Below are positions 37,112 through 45,397 of a stretch of 64,000 bases of DNA, piece after piece. The stretch's first letter is position 1, and every line of letters begins with the position of its first letter. The notes below the pieces were generated by a model. It did no database searches. It saw only the letters and a program-made list of their open reading frames with translations, and was not told the DNA's origin. Origin of the DNA: Nannocystis bainbridge (GTDB lineage: Bacteria; Myxococcota_A; Polyangia; Nannocystales; Nannocystaceae). The translations under genes were made by a program, and so were the position numbers. The stretch is from assembly GCF_028368995.1 (NCBI RefSeq), contig NZ_JAQNDL010000001.1, positions 1,632,001-1,696,000 on the forward strand. The letters are read 5' to 3'.

Positions 37112-37486
37112 TCACGGCCACACGTTGGAGCCCGGCGCGCCGGCCAGCGGGCGGCGGGCGTCGATGACACAGAAGCGCTGGCCGGTCGGCGCCTCCATCA
37201 CCACCCAGCGCGGGCCCCGGGCGACCTGCCGGGCACCGAGGCGCTCGAGCCGGGCGACCTCGGCCGACTGGTCGTCGGTCTCGATGTCGAGGTGGAGGCG
37301 GCTCGGGTGGCTGACCCGCTGGACCTCGATGTGCAGGTCGCGGGCGCTGGCGTCGAGCACGGCGTAACCGTGGCCGTCGTCGCCCTCGGAGGCCATGCCG
37401 AGCGCGCGGCTCCAAAACGCGGCGGCGTCGTCGGGCGGGGTGTCCTGGCAATCGATGATGAATCCGGCGAGGCGGCTGTGGTGCAT
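37112..37486 (-). CDS. VOC/glyoxalase family protein
   Basis: AAAFWSRALG, RLHLDIET, EVARLERLGA, WVVMEAPTGQRFCV. Confidence 0.88.
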   Translation of the reverse strand: MHHSRLAGFIIDCQDTPPDDAAAFWSRALGMASEGDDGHGYAVLDASARDLHIEVQRVSHPSRLHLDIETDDQSAEVARLERLGARQVARGPRWVVMEAPTGQRFCVIDARRPLAGAPGSNVWP

Positions 37487-37566
37487 CGCGAGGGTGTACC
37501 AGAGCCGCCCGCGCGAGGACCACGGCGAATGCGGCGAGTCGCCGAGCGGGCTCGACGGTATGCGGC

Positions 37567-38013
37567 TCAGCGGCGATGGCCGTAGTAGAACCGTGGAAAG
37601 GCGCGGGCCTGAAACTCGGCGATCAGCTCGCGCGGGAAGAACGGCAAGGTGTGGAGCTCGGCCAGCGGGACCCATACGATGCCGCTCTGCCAAGCGTCCG
37701 GCGAGAGCATGCGCAGGGTCTGGCCGGGCAGCAGGCGGCCGTGCACGAACACCTCGACCTGATGGAAGCCGGGCGGCAGGTTGGTGACGGCCAGGCGGTC
37801 GGCGATGATCTCGCGGATGAAGGCGACCGCGCCGAACTCGGCCTGCGCCCCGAGCTCCTCCTGCAGCTCGCGGTGGAACGCCTCCTCGAGGGTCTCGTTG
37901 TCCTGGACGCCGCCGCCGGGGGTCACGTACCACGGCCCGCCGGCGTCCTCGAATTGCTCGAGCAGGATGTTGTCGTCCTCGACGAGGATGGCGCGCACGG
38001 CGAGACGCGGCAT
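37567..38013 (-). CDS. NUDIX hydrolase
   Basis: Nudix box PGGGVQDNETLEEAFHRELQEELG. Confidence 0.9.
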   Translation of the reverse strand: MPRLAVRAILVEDDNILLEQFEDAGGPWYVTPGGGVQDNETLEEAFHRELQEELGAQAEFGAVAFIREIIADRLAVTNLPPGFHQVEVFVHGRLLPGQTLRMLSPDAWQSGIVWVPLAELHTLPFFPRELIAEFQARAFPRFYYGHRR

Positions 38014-38201
38014 GGTGCGCGCGACGATAGCGGATCGCCGGCGCGGCGCATACGTCCGCGGCGACGGCCCGAGCCGACGCCGGGGCCGGACGCGAGGGCG
38101 TCACGAGTTCGACGGCCGGCGGCGCCCGCAGGAGGACCCGCGCGAGGCGCGAGGCGACGGGTCACGTCGTCGCGGCGGGCCGTCGAGCACGGATCGGCGG
38201 A

Positions 38202-38267
38202 AAGCATGGCTTTTACGACATGCCCCGATAGACATGTCTTTTCGGACATGTACACGGGAACATGCCC
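38202..38267. repeat. 14-bp-period CATG array (5 units)
   Basis: CATG at 38205, 38219, 38233, 38247, 38261. Confidence 0.88.
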
Positions 38268-38282
38268 TTTTTAAAAAGCATC

Positions 38283-39191
38283 TCAGTCGCGCCCGCGCAG
38301 CGCCCGGCGGTAGGCTTGCGGCGGGGTCCCGCGCGCGCGCACGAAGGCGCGGGTGAACGCGGGTTCGCTGGCGTAGCCGACGCGGGCGGCGATCGCCTTG
38401 ACCGGGGCGTCGGTGGTAGCGAGCAGGCTGGCGGCGCGGTCGAGGCGGAGGCGGCGGAGGTAGCTGCCGACCGGCTCGCCGAGCAGCGCGGTGGCACGGG
38501 CGGCCAGCACCGAGCGCGACATCCCGACCTCGGCCGCCAGCTCGCCGAGCGCCCACGGCTTCTCCGGCTCGGCGCGCAGCCGCAGCAGCGCCGCCACCAC
38601 CCGGTCGTCGCGCAGCGCCTCGGCGCCCGGCAGCGCCGCGCCCTCGACCCGCAGCGCGTGGGCGAACAGCGCCTGCGCCCACGCGGCGGTGATCGTCTCG
38701 CGCAGCGACGGCGACAGCGCCCGGGCCCGCCCGAGCAGCGCCAGCGTGTCCGCCAACCAGCCGCCGAGCTCGCGGTCGTCGTGGGTGACGTGCACCACCG
38801 CCGGCAGCAGCGACAGCCACGGCGCGTCGGCGTGATCGATCTGCAGGTCGACGATCACGAGGCTCGTCGTCGCCGCCGCCGCGCTGGCCCACACGTCCGC
38901 CGCCGTCTGGTGCATGCCGACGCAGGCGCTGCCGCCCGGCGGCACCAGGGTGCCGGGGCCGTCGCGGATCACGTGCTCGTCGGCGCGCGGGAGGAAGGCG
39001 AGCTCACCTGGCCCGAGAGACAGGCTCTTGCCCGCGACTCGCAGCTCGCCGCCGCCGTGCAGCGCGGCGTACAGCTTGGCGCTGCCGCACGCGGCCCGAC
39101 GATGCTTGCCCCACCGCCCGCCGAGCTCGAGGGTGTTGACCTCGCTGCCGAGGACGACGAGAGAGCGCGCCAGCGCGTCGAGCCCGGTCAT
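38283..39191 (-). CDS. Cupin-AraC family transcriptional regulator
   Basis: PEKPWALGELAAEVGMSRS...VGYASEPAFTRAF. Confidence 0.88.
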   Translation of the reverse strand: MTGLDALARSLVVLGSEVNTLELGGRWGKHRRAACGSAKLYAALHGGGELRVAGKSLSLGPGELAFLPRADEHVIRDGPGTLVPPGGSACVGMHQTAADVWASAAAATTSLVIVDLQIDHADAPWLSLLPAVVHVTHDDRELGGWLADTLALLGRARALSPSLRETITAAWAQALFAHALRVEGAALPGAEALRDDRVVAALLRLRAEPEKPWALGELAAEVGMSRSVLAARATALLGEPVGSYLRRLRLDRAASLLATTDAPVKAIAARVGYASEPAFTRAFVRARGTPPQAYRRALRGRD

Positions 39192-39202
39192 CGCCGCGAA
39201 GC

Positions 39203-39294
39203 ATACCCCACGGCGGCTCGCCTGGCCCGTCCGCGGGCACGCCGGCCTATAACCCACGGCGGCTCGCCTGGCCCGTCCGCGGGCACGCCGGCCT
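39203..39294. repeat. 46-bp tandem duplication
   Basis: cccacggcggctcgcctggcccgtccgcgggcacgccggcct identical at 39207-39248 and 39253-39294. Confidence 0.9.
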
Positions 39295-39407
39295 GTCGCA
39301 GAGTCGCGCCGGCGCACCTCGCTGGCCCCTCGCTCAGGACGCGCGGATCGGCGATCCGGACGCGCGGTGCGGCCGGCCGCATTAGCCTCACGACCATGGG
39401 AGACGCC

Positions 39408-39857
39408 ATGCAAGACCTTGCACAGGATCCACCGCGCCGCGCGACCGAGCTGCTCGCGGATCACCTCGAGTGGATCGCCCGCGACATCGAGCGCTGGCTG
39501 CAGCTGTTCGCCGACGACGCGGTCGTCGAGTTCCCTTACGCCGTGCGCCTCGGGATGCCGACGCGGCTGACCGGCAAGACCGCGATCGCCGAGTACTTCC
39601 GACGCACGCCGGGCGTGTTCCGCGACCTGCGCTTCCGCGACCTGCAGGTCCACGCGACCACGAACCCCGAGGTCGTGCTCGGCGAGGTCCACGGCTCGGC
39701 GACGCTGGCCCCGGGCGGCGAGGTCTACGAGCAGGACTACGTGATGGTGCTGGAGTGCCGCGCGGGGCAGATCGTGCGCTACCGCGAGTACTGGGATCCG
39801 TCCGCGGCGAGCGGGTTCCGCGACGGCCCGGTCCGCGCCGCGCTGGGAGGTGGGTGA
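39408..39857 (+). CDS. SnoaL/NTF2-like protein
   Basis: LFADDAVVEFPY, YEQDYV, GQIVRYREYWDP. Confidence 0.85.
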   Translation: MQDLAQDPPRRATELLADHLEWIARDIERWLQLFADDAVVEFPYAVRLGMPTRLTGKTAIAEYFRRTPGVFRDLRFRDLQVHATTNPEVVLGEVHGSATLAPGGEVYEQDYVMVLECRAGQIVRYREYWDPSAASGFRDGPVRAALGGG

Positions 39858-40675
39858 TGCGCGCGCTCGTCACGGGAGGCACCGGCAAGACCGGCAGCGC
39901 GGTGGTCCGCGGGCTGCGAGCCCGCGGCGCGGTGGTGAAGATCGCCAGCCGTCACCCGCGCGACCCGGACGCCGTCGGCTTCGACTGGGCCGATGTCTCC
40001 TCACACGACGCGGCGCTCGCGGGCGTCGACGCCGTCTACCTGGTGGCGCCGGGGCTGGTCAGCGATCCCGAGCGACTCATGGTGCCGTTCATCGACCGCG
40101 CGGTGGCCGGCGGCGTCCAGCGCTTCGCGCTGCTCAGCTCCTCCGCCATCGAAGCGGGGACGCCCGGCCTCGGCGCGGTGCATGCGGCCCTGCGGGCACG
40201 CGCGCCGGCGTGGACCGTGCTGCGCCCGTCGTGGTTCATGCAGAACTTCGTCGACCCGCAGCACGGGATCGGCCGCGGCGTCCGTGAAGCGCGAGCGTTC
40301 GTCAGCGCCAGCGGCGCGGGGCGGATCGGCTTCATCGACGCGGAGGACATCGCCGCCGTCGCCGTGGCGACCCTGTTCGCCCCGGCCGACGCCGACCTGA
40401 TCCTCACCGGCCCGCAGGCGCTGTCCTACGACGAGGCCGCGGCGATCCTCTCGGAGGTGCTCGGCGAGCCGGTGACCCACCGCGCCATCACGGTCGAAGC
40501 CTGGTGCGCCCGCCTCGTCGCCGCCGGCATGCCCGCCCCGTACGCGGCGATGCTCGGCGCGCTCGAGCAGGCGATCGCGGGCGGGGCCGAGGACCGCGTG
40601 ACCGACGAGGTCCTGCGCCGCACCGGCCGCCCGCCCCGCTCGCTGCGAGCGTTCGCGCAGGCGGCGTTACAGTGA
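39857..40675 (+). CDS. NmrA-like NAD(P)-binding protein
   Basis: VTGGTGKTG, LRPSWFMQNF, LTGPQALSY; TGATG coupling to the upstream gene. Confidence 0.88.
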   Translation: MRALVTGGTGKTGSAVVRGLRARGAVVKIASRHPRDPDAVGFDWADVSSHDAALAGVDAVYLVAPGLVSDPERLMVPFIDRAVAGGVQRFALLSSSAIEAGTPGLGAVHAALRARAPAWTVLRPSWFMQNFVDPQHGIGRGVREARAFVSASGAGRIGFIDAEDIAAVAVATLFAPADADLILTGPQALSYDEAAAILSEVLGEPVTHRAITVEAWCARLVAAGMPAPYAAMLGALEQAIAGGAEDRVTDEVLRRTGRPPRSLRAFAQAALQ

Positions 40676-40696
40676 CGCGGCAGTCGTGACTTGTTC

Positions 40697-40745
40697 TCGA
40701 ATGACCTGAAGGACATGTCCTATACGACATGTCCTTCGGACACTG
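40697..40745. repeat. 14-bp-period CATG element (2 perfect units plus degenerate flanks)
   Basis: ggacatgtcctatacgacatgtccttcggacac; CATG at 40714 and 40728, AATG at 40700. Confidence 0.8.
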
Positions 40746-40880
40746 CGCCGCAGCGGCACGGTCTGCGAGCTGGAGCAGGCCCGGCGGCCCCCCAAAGCCA
40801 GTACCCAACCGCGGTTGGAGCGACCAACGCGGCCTGCCCGTTCGAGCCCCGGAACCACAGGAATCGCGGCCCGTGGAGCC

Positions 40881-40896
40881 TGGCACGCCGCTTGCC
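40881..40896 (+). promoter_or_regulatory. sigma54 -24/-12 promoter
   Basis: TGGCAC-GCCGC-TTGCC 14 nt before ATG 40911. Confidence 0.7.
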
Positions 40897-40910
40897 TTGG
40901 CCGGTACAGC

Positions 40911-42815
40911 ATGTCGAACCGCGCCCGCCTCTATCCGCTCCTCACGCTCTGCACCCTCGGTTGCTCTCTGCCCGCCGACTCCGGCGATATGGCCGCCACG
41001 ACCGACGATTCGAGCTCGAGCACCTTCGCCGAGCCACCGTCGCTCACCGATTCGCTGATCTCGACGACGCTCGCGGACGCCACGACCACCGGCGACGGTG
41101 ACGACATCGGGGCGCCTCCCGGCGCGCCGGGCCTCGTCCTCGATTATGCGCCGATCAAGCAGTTCATGTTCTCGTGGGACCCGGTCGACGGCGCCGACTA
41201 TTATCAATTGCTGGAGCGCCCCTACCCCGAGGTCCCGGGCTGGTCGCAGTTCGGCGCGGACCAATTCGAGACCTCGCTCGCCCTGACGATGCCGATCCAC
41301 CGCCGGCTGTCCGCGGCTTACAAGCTGCGCGCCTGCAATCGCTTCGGCTGCAGCGAATCGGAGCCGGTGCCGGTCGGCCCCGCGGTCGACGCCGCGATCG
41401 GCTATTTCAAGGCCTCCAACGCCGAGAGCCACGACAACTTCGGCCACAGCCTCGCCATCTCGGCCGACGGCTCGACCATGGTCGTCGGGGCCCCGTACGA
41501 GGACAGCGGTGCGCGCGGCGTCGGCGGCGACGAGCTCCACAACTATGCGCCGGACAGCGGCGCCGCCTACGTGTTCGTCCGCGACGGCGACACCTGGAAG
41601 CAGCAGGCCTACCTCAAGTCCGCCAACGCCGAGGCGGATGACCAGTTCGGCGCGGTCGCCATCTCCGCGGACGGCGACACCATCGCCGTCGGCGCTCCGC
41701 GCGAAGCCAGCGCGGCGACCGGCGTCGGCGGCGATGCCAAGGACAACAGCATGGCCGCCGCGGGCGCGGTCTACGTATTCGAACGCACGGCCGGGGTGTG
41801 GAAGCAGGCGGCGTACGTCAAGGCCAGCCATACCCGGGAGCTGAGCCAGTTCGGCGAGGCGCTGGCGCTCTCCGCCGATGGCCACACCCTCGCGGTCGGG
41901 GCGCCGGGCGAGGACAGCGCCGCCACCGGCGTCGACGGCGACCCGTGGCAAGGGCTCGCCGAGGACTCCGGCGCTGTGTATGTCTATTCGCGTGAGGGCG
42001 GCGATTGGCAGCACCGCGCGTACCTCAAGGCCGCCAATGCCGGCGCGGCGGATCGGTTCGGCGTCGACCTCGCGCTGTCCGCCAACGGCGCCACCCTGGC
42101 TGTCGGCGCCCCTTACGAGGCCAGCAATTCCGCGGGCATCGACGGCGACATGTCCGACGATTCGCAGAGCTCGGGCGCGGTCTATGTGTTCACCGCGAAG
42201 ACCGGCGCCTGGTCGCAGGAGGCATACATCAAGGCGTCGAACCCGGGCCTGGGGGACTGGTTCGGGTACTCGGTGGCGCTGACGCCCGACGGGGACATGC
42301 TGGCCGTCGGCGCGCCGGCCGAGTCCTCCGCCGCCACCGAGATCGACGGCGACCCGTGGAACGACGCGGCGCCGAGCGCCGGGGCCGTCTACATGTTCTC
42401 GCGCCTGGGGCAGACCTGGCAGCAGGATGCCTATCTCAAGACCCCGAACGCGGGGGCGGGCCACTCGTTCGGCGCCTCGGTGGCGCTGTCGGCCGACGGG
42501 GGCGTGCTCGCCGCGGGTGCCGCGACGCAGGACGGCGGCGGCGTGGGCAGCTTCCCCGCCTCAGCCGGGGCGAGCGCGCCCGAGTCCGGCGCGGCCTATG
42601 TGTTCTCGCGCGTGGCCGGCACCTGGAAGCACCAGCGCTACCTCAAGGCGCCGAACTCCCGCCACGACATCCACTTCGGCGGGTCCATCGGGCTCACGTC
42701 CGACGCCGGCACTCTGGTGATCGGGGCGCCCCTCGAAGACAGCGCTGCCACCGGCGTCGGCGGCGATCTCCACGACGCCTCCGGCTCGCGGGTCGGCGCG
42801 GTGTACATGTATTGA
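40911..42815 (+). CDS. FG-GAP/integrin-alpha repeat surface lipoprotein with FN3-like domain
   Basis: About 6 repeats of YxKASN...DxFG.SxALSxDG.TLAVGAP.E...SGAVYVF; SWDPV...YKLRACN.FGCS. Confidence 0.88.
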   Translation: MSNRARLYPLLTLCTLGCSLPADSGDMAATTDDSSSSTFAEPPSLTDSLISTTLADATTTGDGDDIGAPPGAPGLVLDYAPIKQFMFSWDPVDGADYYQLLERPYPEVPGWSQFGADQFETSLALTMPIHRRLSAAYKLRACNRFGCSESEPVPVGPAVDAAIGYFKASNAESHDNFGHSLAISADGSTMVVGAPYEDSGARGVGGDELHNYAPDSGAAYVFVRDGDTWKQQAYLKSANAEADDQFGAVAISADGDTIAVGAPREASAATGVGGDAKDNSMAAAGAVYVFERTAGVWKQAAYVKASHTRELSQFGEALALSADGHTLAVGAPGEDSAATGVDGDPWQGLAEDSGAVYVYSREGGDWQHRAYLKAANAGAADRFGVDLALSANGATLAVGAPYEASNSAGIDGDMSDDSQSSGAVYVFTAKTGAWSQEAYIKASNPGLGDWFGYSVALTPDGDMLAVGAPAESSAATEIDGDPWNDAAPSAGAVYMFSRLGQTWQQDAYLKTPNAGAGHSFGASVALSADGGVLAAGAATQDGGGVGSFPASAGASAPESGAAYVFSRVAGTWKHQRYLKAPNSRHDIHFGGSIGLTSDAGTLVIGAPLEDSAATGVGGDLHDASGSRVGAVYMY

Positions 42816-42944
42816 TTGCGCTCACGCTGCACGCGTGCGCAGATTGCTACCATGCCGAGGGCCGCGGCGACCGGTGATACCCACCGGCCCGCCGCGGCCC
42901 CTGGCCTGATTCATAGCGACGATACAATCACCGCGCCGCGCCCA

Positions 42945-44459
42945 TCACAGCGCCCCCAGGATCTGGCGGATCTCCGCCAGGTCGGCGTCGCCGGGCAGCG
43001 CCGCCTCGGCCCGCGCCAGCGCGGCGGAGGCCGCATCGAGCATCTCCTTGGAGGACTTGCCGTCGCGCACCGCCTTGAGCGCCTCGGCGTAGGCGAACAC
43101 GGCCGCGCCCTTCTTGAGCATCGCCGACTCGGCGGCCAGCACCTCGCCGAGCTGCAGCGACACCTGGGTCTCGCGCTGGGCGAAGGTGACCGCGTCCTTC
43201 CACTGGGCGACCACGGTGAAGCTGGTGTTGGGGTCGAACTGCTCCGGCGCGCAGGTCTCGATCACCTGGTGGAACACCATCGCGTCGTTGGGCGCGAGGT
43301 GCTGCGGCTCGATGTCGGCCGGGTCGGCGGAGAACTCCTCGCCGCTGAACTTGACGATCGAGAAGCCGGGCGGCATCTCGAGGCGCACGCGCACGTCGCG
43401 GGCGGCGACCGCCATGGTCTGCACGAACCGCTCGCCGAACATCCGCTGGGCCTCTTCGACGGACGAGACGAACAGCGAGGCGCCGCGGCCGACATCGGTG
43501 ACGGCGTCCATCAGCGAGTCGTTGTAGGCGTCGGGCAGGCCGACGCCGACGCCGACGAGGTAGATGCCCTCCTGATCCTGGGCGCCCGCGCCGGCGCCGA
43601 TGATCTCGCTGTCGGTGATGCCCGCGTTGGCGCCGCCGTCGCTGACGAGCACCACGCGGTTGATCCGCGAGGCGTCGAAGTACTGGTGCGCGAGCTCGTA
43701 GCCGGCCGTCAGCCCGCCGTGGAGGTCGGTGCCGCCGCCGGCCTGCAGACCGTCGCACACGCCCACCAGCGCCGGATCGTCGGCGCCGGCGATCTCGTGG
43801 CCGGCCAGCTTGATCGCGTTCTCGATGTCCCAGCCGACCACCGAGACGACGTCGCCGGCGCGCAGGCTGCCGGCGATCCGGCGACACACCTCCTGCTGCA
43901 TCGCCATCGCCTCGCCCTCCATGGAGCCCGACTCGTCGAGCACGAGGGTGACGTTCATCAGCCGCCGGTCGGCGTTGCCGATCGCCTCGCCGGCGACGCC
44001 GATCTGCATGACGAACTGACCCTCCGGCATGCCTTCGATGCGCGTGAGCTCGGTCGTCAGCGTCAGCTCGCCAGGCTTGGCCGCCGGGTAATTGAACGCG
44101 TAGTAGTTGAGGAATTCCCAGGTCCGCAGCGGCACCGACCCGAGGCGGCGGCCGCTCAGGATCGCCTCGCGGGCCTGCACCGGCGAGGAGGTCGAGTTCG
44201 AGTCGTCGGGCGACAGGAAGAGCGTCACCGGGCTGTCCATGTCGCACGCGGGCTGCTCCTCGGCCTCGGCGTCGTCCGGCATCGGCTTGGGCGCCGGCTC
44301 CTCCCCGGGCGGCTCGCCGTAACCGTCGTAGCCGCCGCTGGCGTAGTAGGCGCCGTCGTCCCCGCACGCGCCCGTGAGCGCGGCCAGGAGCGGGAGGATC
44401 AGCGCGCCGGGACGACCGGCGCGCGCGAGCAGAGAGCGATTTAAGTTCAAGCCAAGCAT
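42945..44459 (-). CDS. VWA domain lipoprotein (YfbK-like)
   Basis: MIDAS LVLDESGSM, GGTDL, LVSDGGANAG; LTGAC lipobox; GGAGG SD. Confidence 0.85.
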   Translation of the reverse strand: MLGLNLNRSLLARAGRPGALILPLLAALTGACGDDGAYYASGGYDGYGEPPGEEPAPKPMPDDAEAEEQPACDMDSPVTLFLSPDDSNSTSSPVQAREAILSGRRLGSVPLRTWEFLNYYAFNYPAAKPGELTLTTELTRIEGMPEGQFVMQIGVAGEAIGNADRRLMNVTLVLDESGSMEGEAMAMQQEVCRRIAGSLRAGDVVSVVGWDIENAIKLAGHEIAGADDPALVGVCDGLQAGGGTDLHGGLTAGYELAHQYFDASRINRVVLVSDGGANAGITDSEIIGAGAGAQDQEGIYLVGVGVGLPDAYNDSLMDAVTDVGRGASLFVSSVEEAQRMFGERFVQTMAVAARDVRVRLEMPPGFSIVKFSGEEFSADPADIEPQHLAPNDAMVFHQVIETCAPEQFDPNTSFTVVAQWKDAVTFAQRETQVSLQLGEVLAAESAMLKKGAAVFAYAEALKAVRDGKSSKEMLDAASAALARAEAALPGDADLAEIRQILGAL

Positions 44460-44780
44460 GTTCGTGCCTCCGCGATGGGAGTAACCGCGGCGGCCGATCG
44501 AATTGCGGGGGCGAGAAGAAACCCGCGCCACGGGCCGAGGCTTTGCGGCGGACCGCGGTGGCGAAGCGTGCTCTGCCTCGATTCGGCGCTGCCGAAGCCG
44601 CCGCACGCCTGCCGCAGCCATGGCGCGCGCTCGGGCTTCGGCCCATGCGCGATCGTCAGCCGGGGCGGACCCGCGATCAGGGTCGGCGCCGGCCCCCGGG
44701 ACCGCGGCGTCGGCGAGCGCGCGGGCCGCTCCGGGGCGGTTCTTGCGAGCGGACGCGCGGGTCTGTTACGGTGCCCGCCC

Positions 44781-45392
44781 GTGGCGGAAGCCAGCGATTC
44801 GCAGCTGCTCACGGCCTGGCGCGCGGGCGATCAGGCGGCCGGCGAGGCTCTGTTCGCCCGCCATTTCGCGTCGATCGCCCGCTTCTTCCGCAACAAGATC
44901 CACGGCGACATCGAGGAGCTGATCCAGCGGACCTTCCTCGGCTGTCTCGAAGGCCAGCAGCGATTCAGCGGCGAGGGCAGCTTCCGCGGCTTCCTGTTCG
45001 GGATCGCCCGCAACGTGCTCTACAACCAGCTGCGGTCCAACCACCGCCACGGCGCGCCGCTCGACCTCGACGAGGTGTCGCTGTGCGAGCTGGGCCCGAC
45101 GGCCAGCGCGGTGGTGGCCAAGGAGCAGGAGGAGCAGCTGCTGCTCGACGCGCTGTTCCGCCTGCCGCTGGCCCACCAGCTGGTGATCGAGCTGTTCTAC
45201 TGGGAGGAGCTCAGCGTCGCCGAGATCGCCGAGGCGCTGGCGGTGCCGGTCGGCACGGCGGCGACCCGGCTGCGGCGCGCGCGACAGCTGCTCGAGGAGC
45301 AGATGGGGCTGCTGACCCGCTCGCAGGCGGTGCGCGAGCGCATCCCGTTCGGCTTCGAGACGTGGGCCCGCAACCTGCGGGACCAGCAATAG
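44781..45392 (+). CDS. ECF sigma-70 factor
   Basis: LLTAWRAGD, ELIQRTFL, FLFGIARN, ELFYWEELSVAEIA...GTAATRLRRAR; GTG start inferred. Confidence 0.9.
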   Translation: MAEASDSQLLTAWRAGDQAAGEALFARHFASIARFFRNKIHGDIEELIQRTFLGCLEGQQRFSGEGSFRGFLFGIARNVLYNQLRSNHRHGAPLDLDEVSLCELGPTASAVVAKEQEEQLLLDALFRLPLAHQLVIELFYWEELSVAEIAEALAVPVGTAATRLRRARQLLEEQMGLLTRSQAVRERIPFGFETWARNLRDQQ

Positions 45393-45397
45393 CCGCC

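Noticed and set aside
38202-38267. Resemblance of the repeat unit to the p53 half-site RRRCWWGYYY
   Set aside because: No p53-like protein is evident in the window; treated as coincidence of a palindromic 10-mer.
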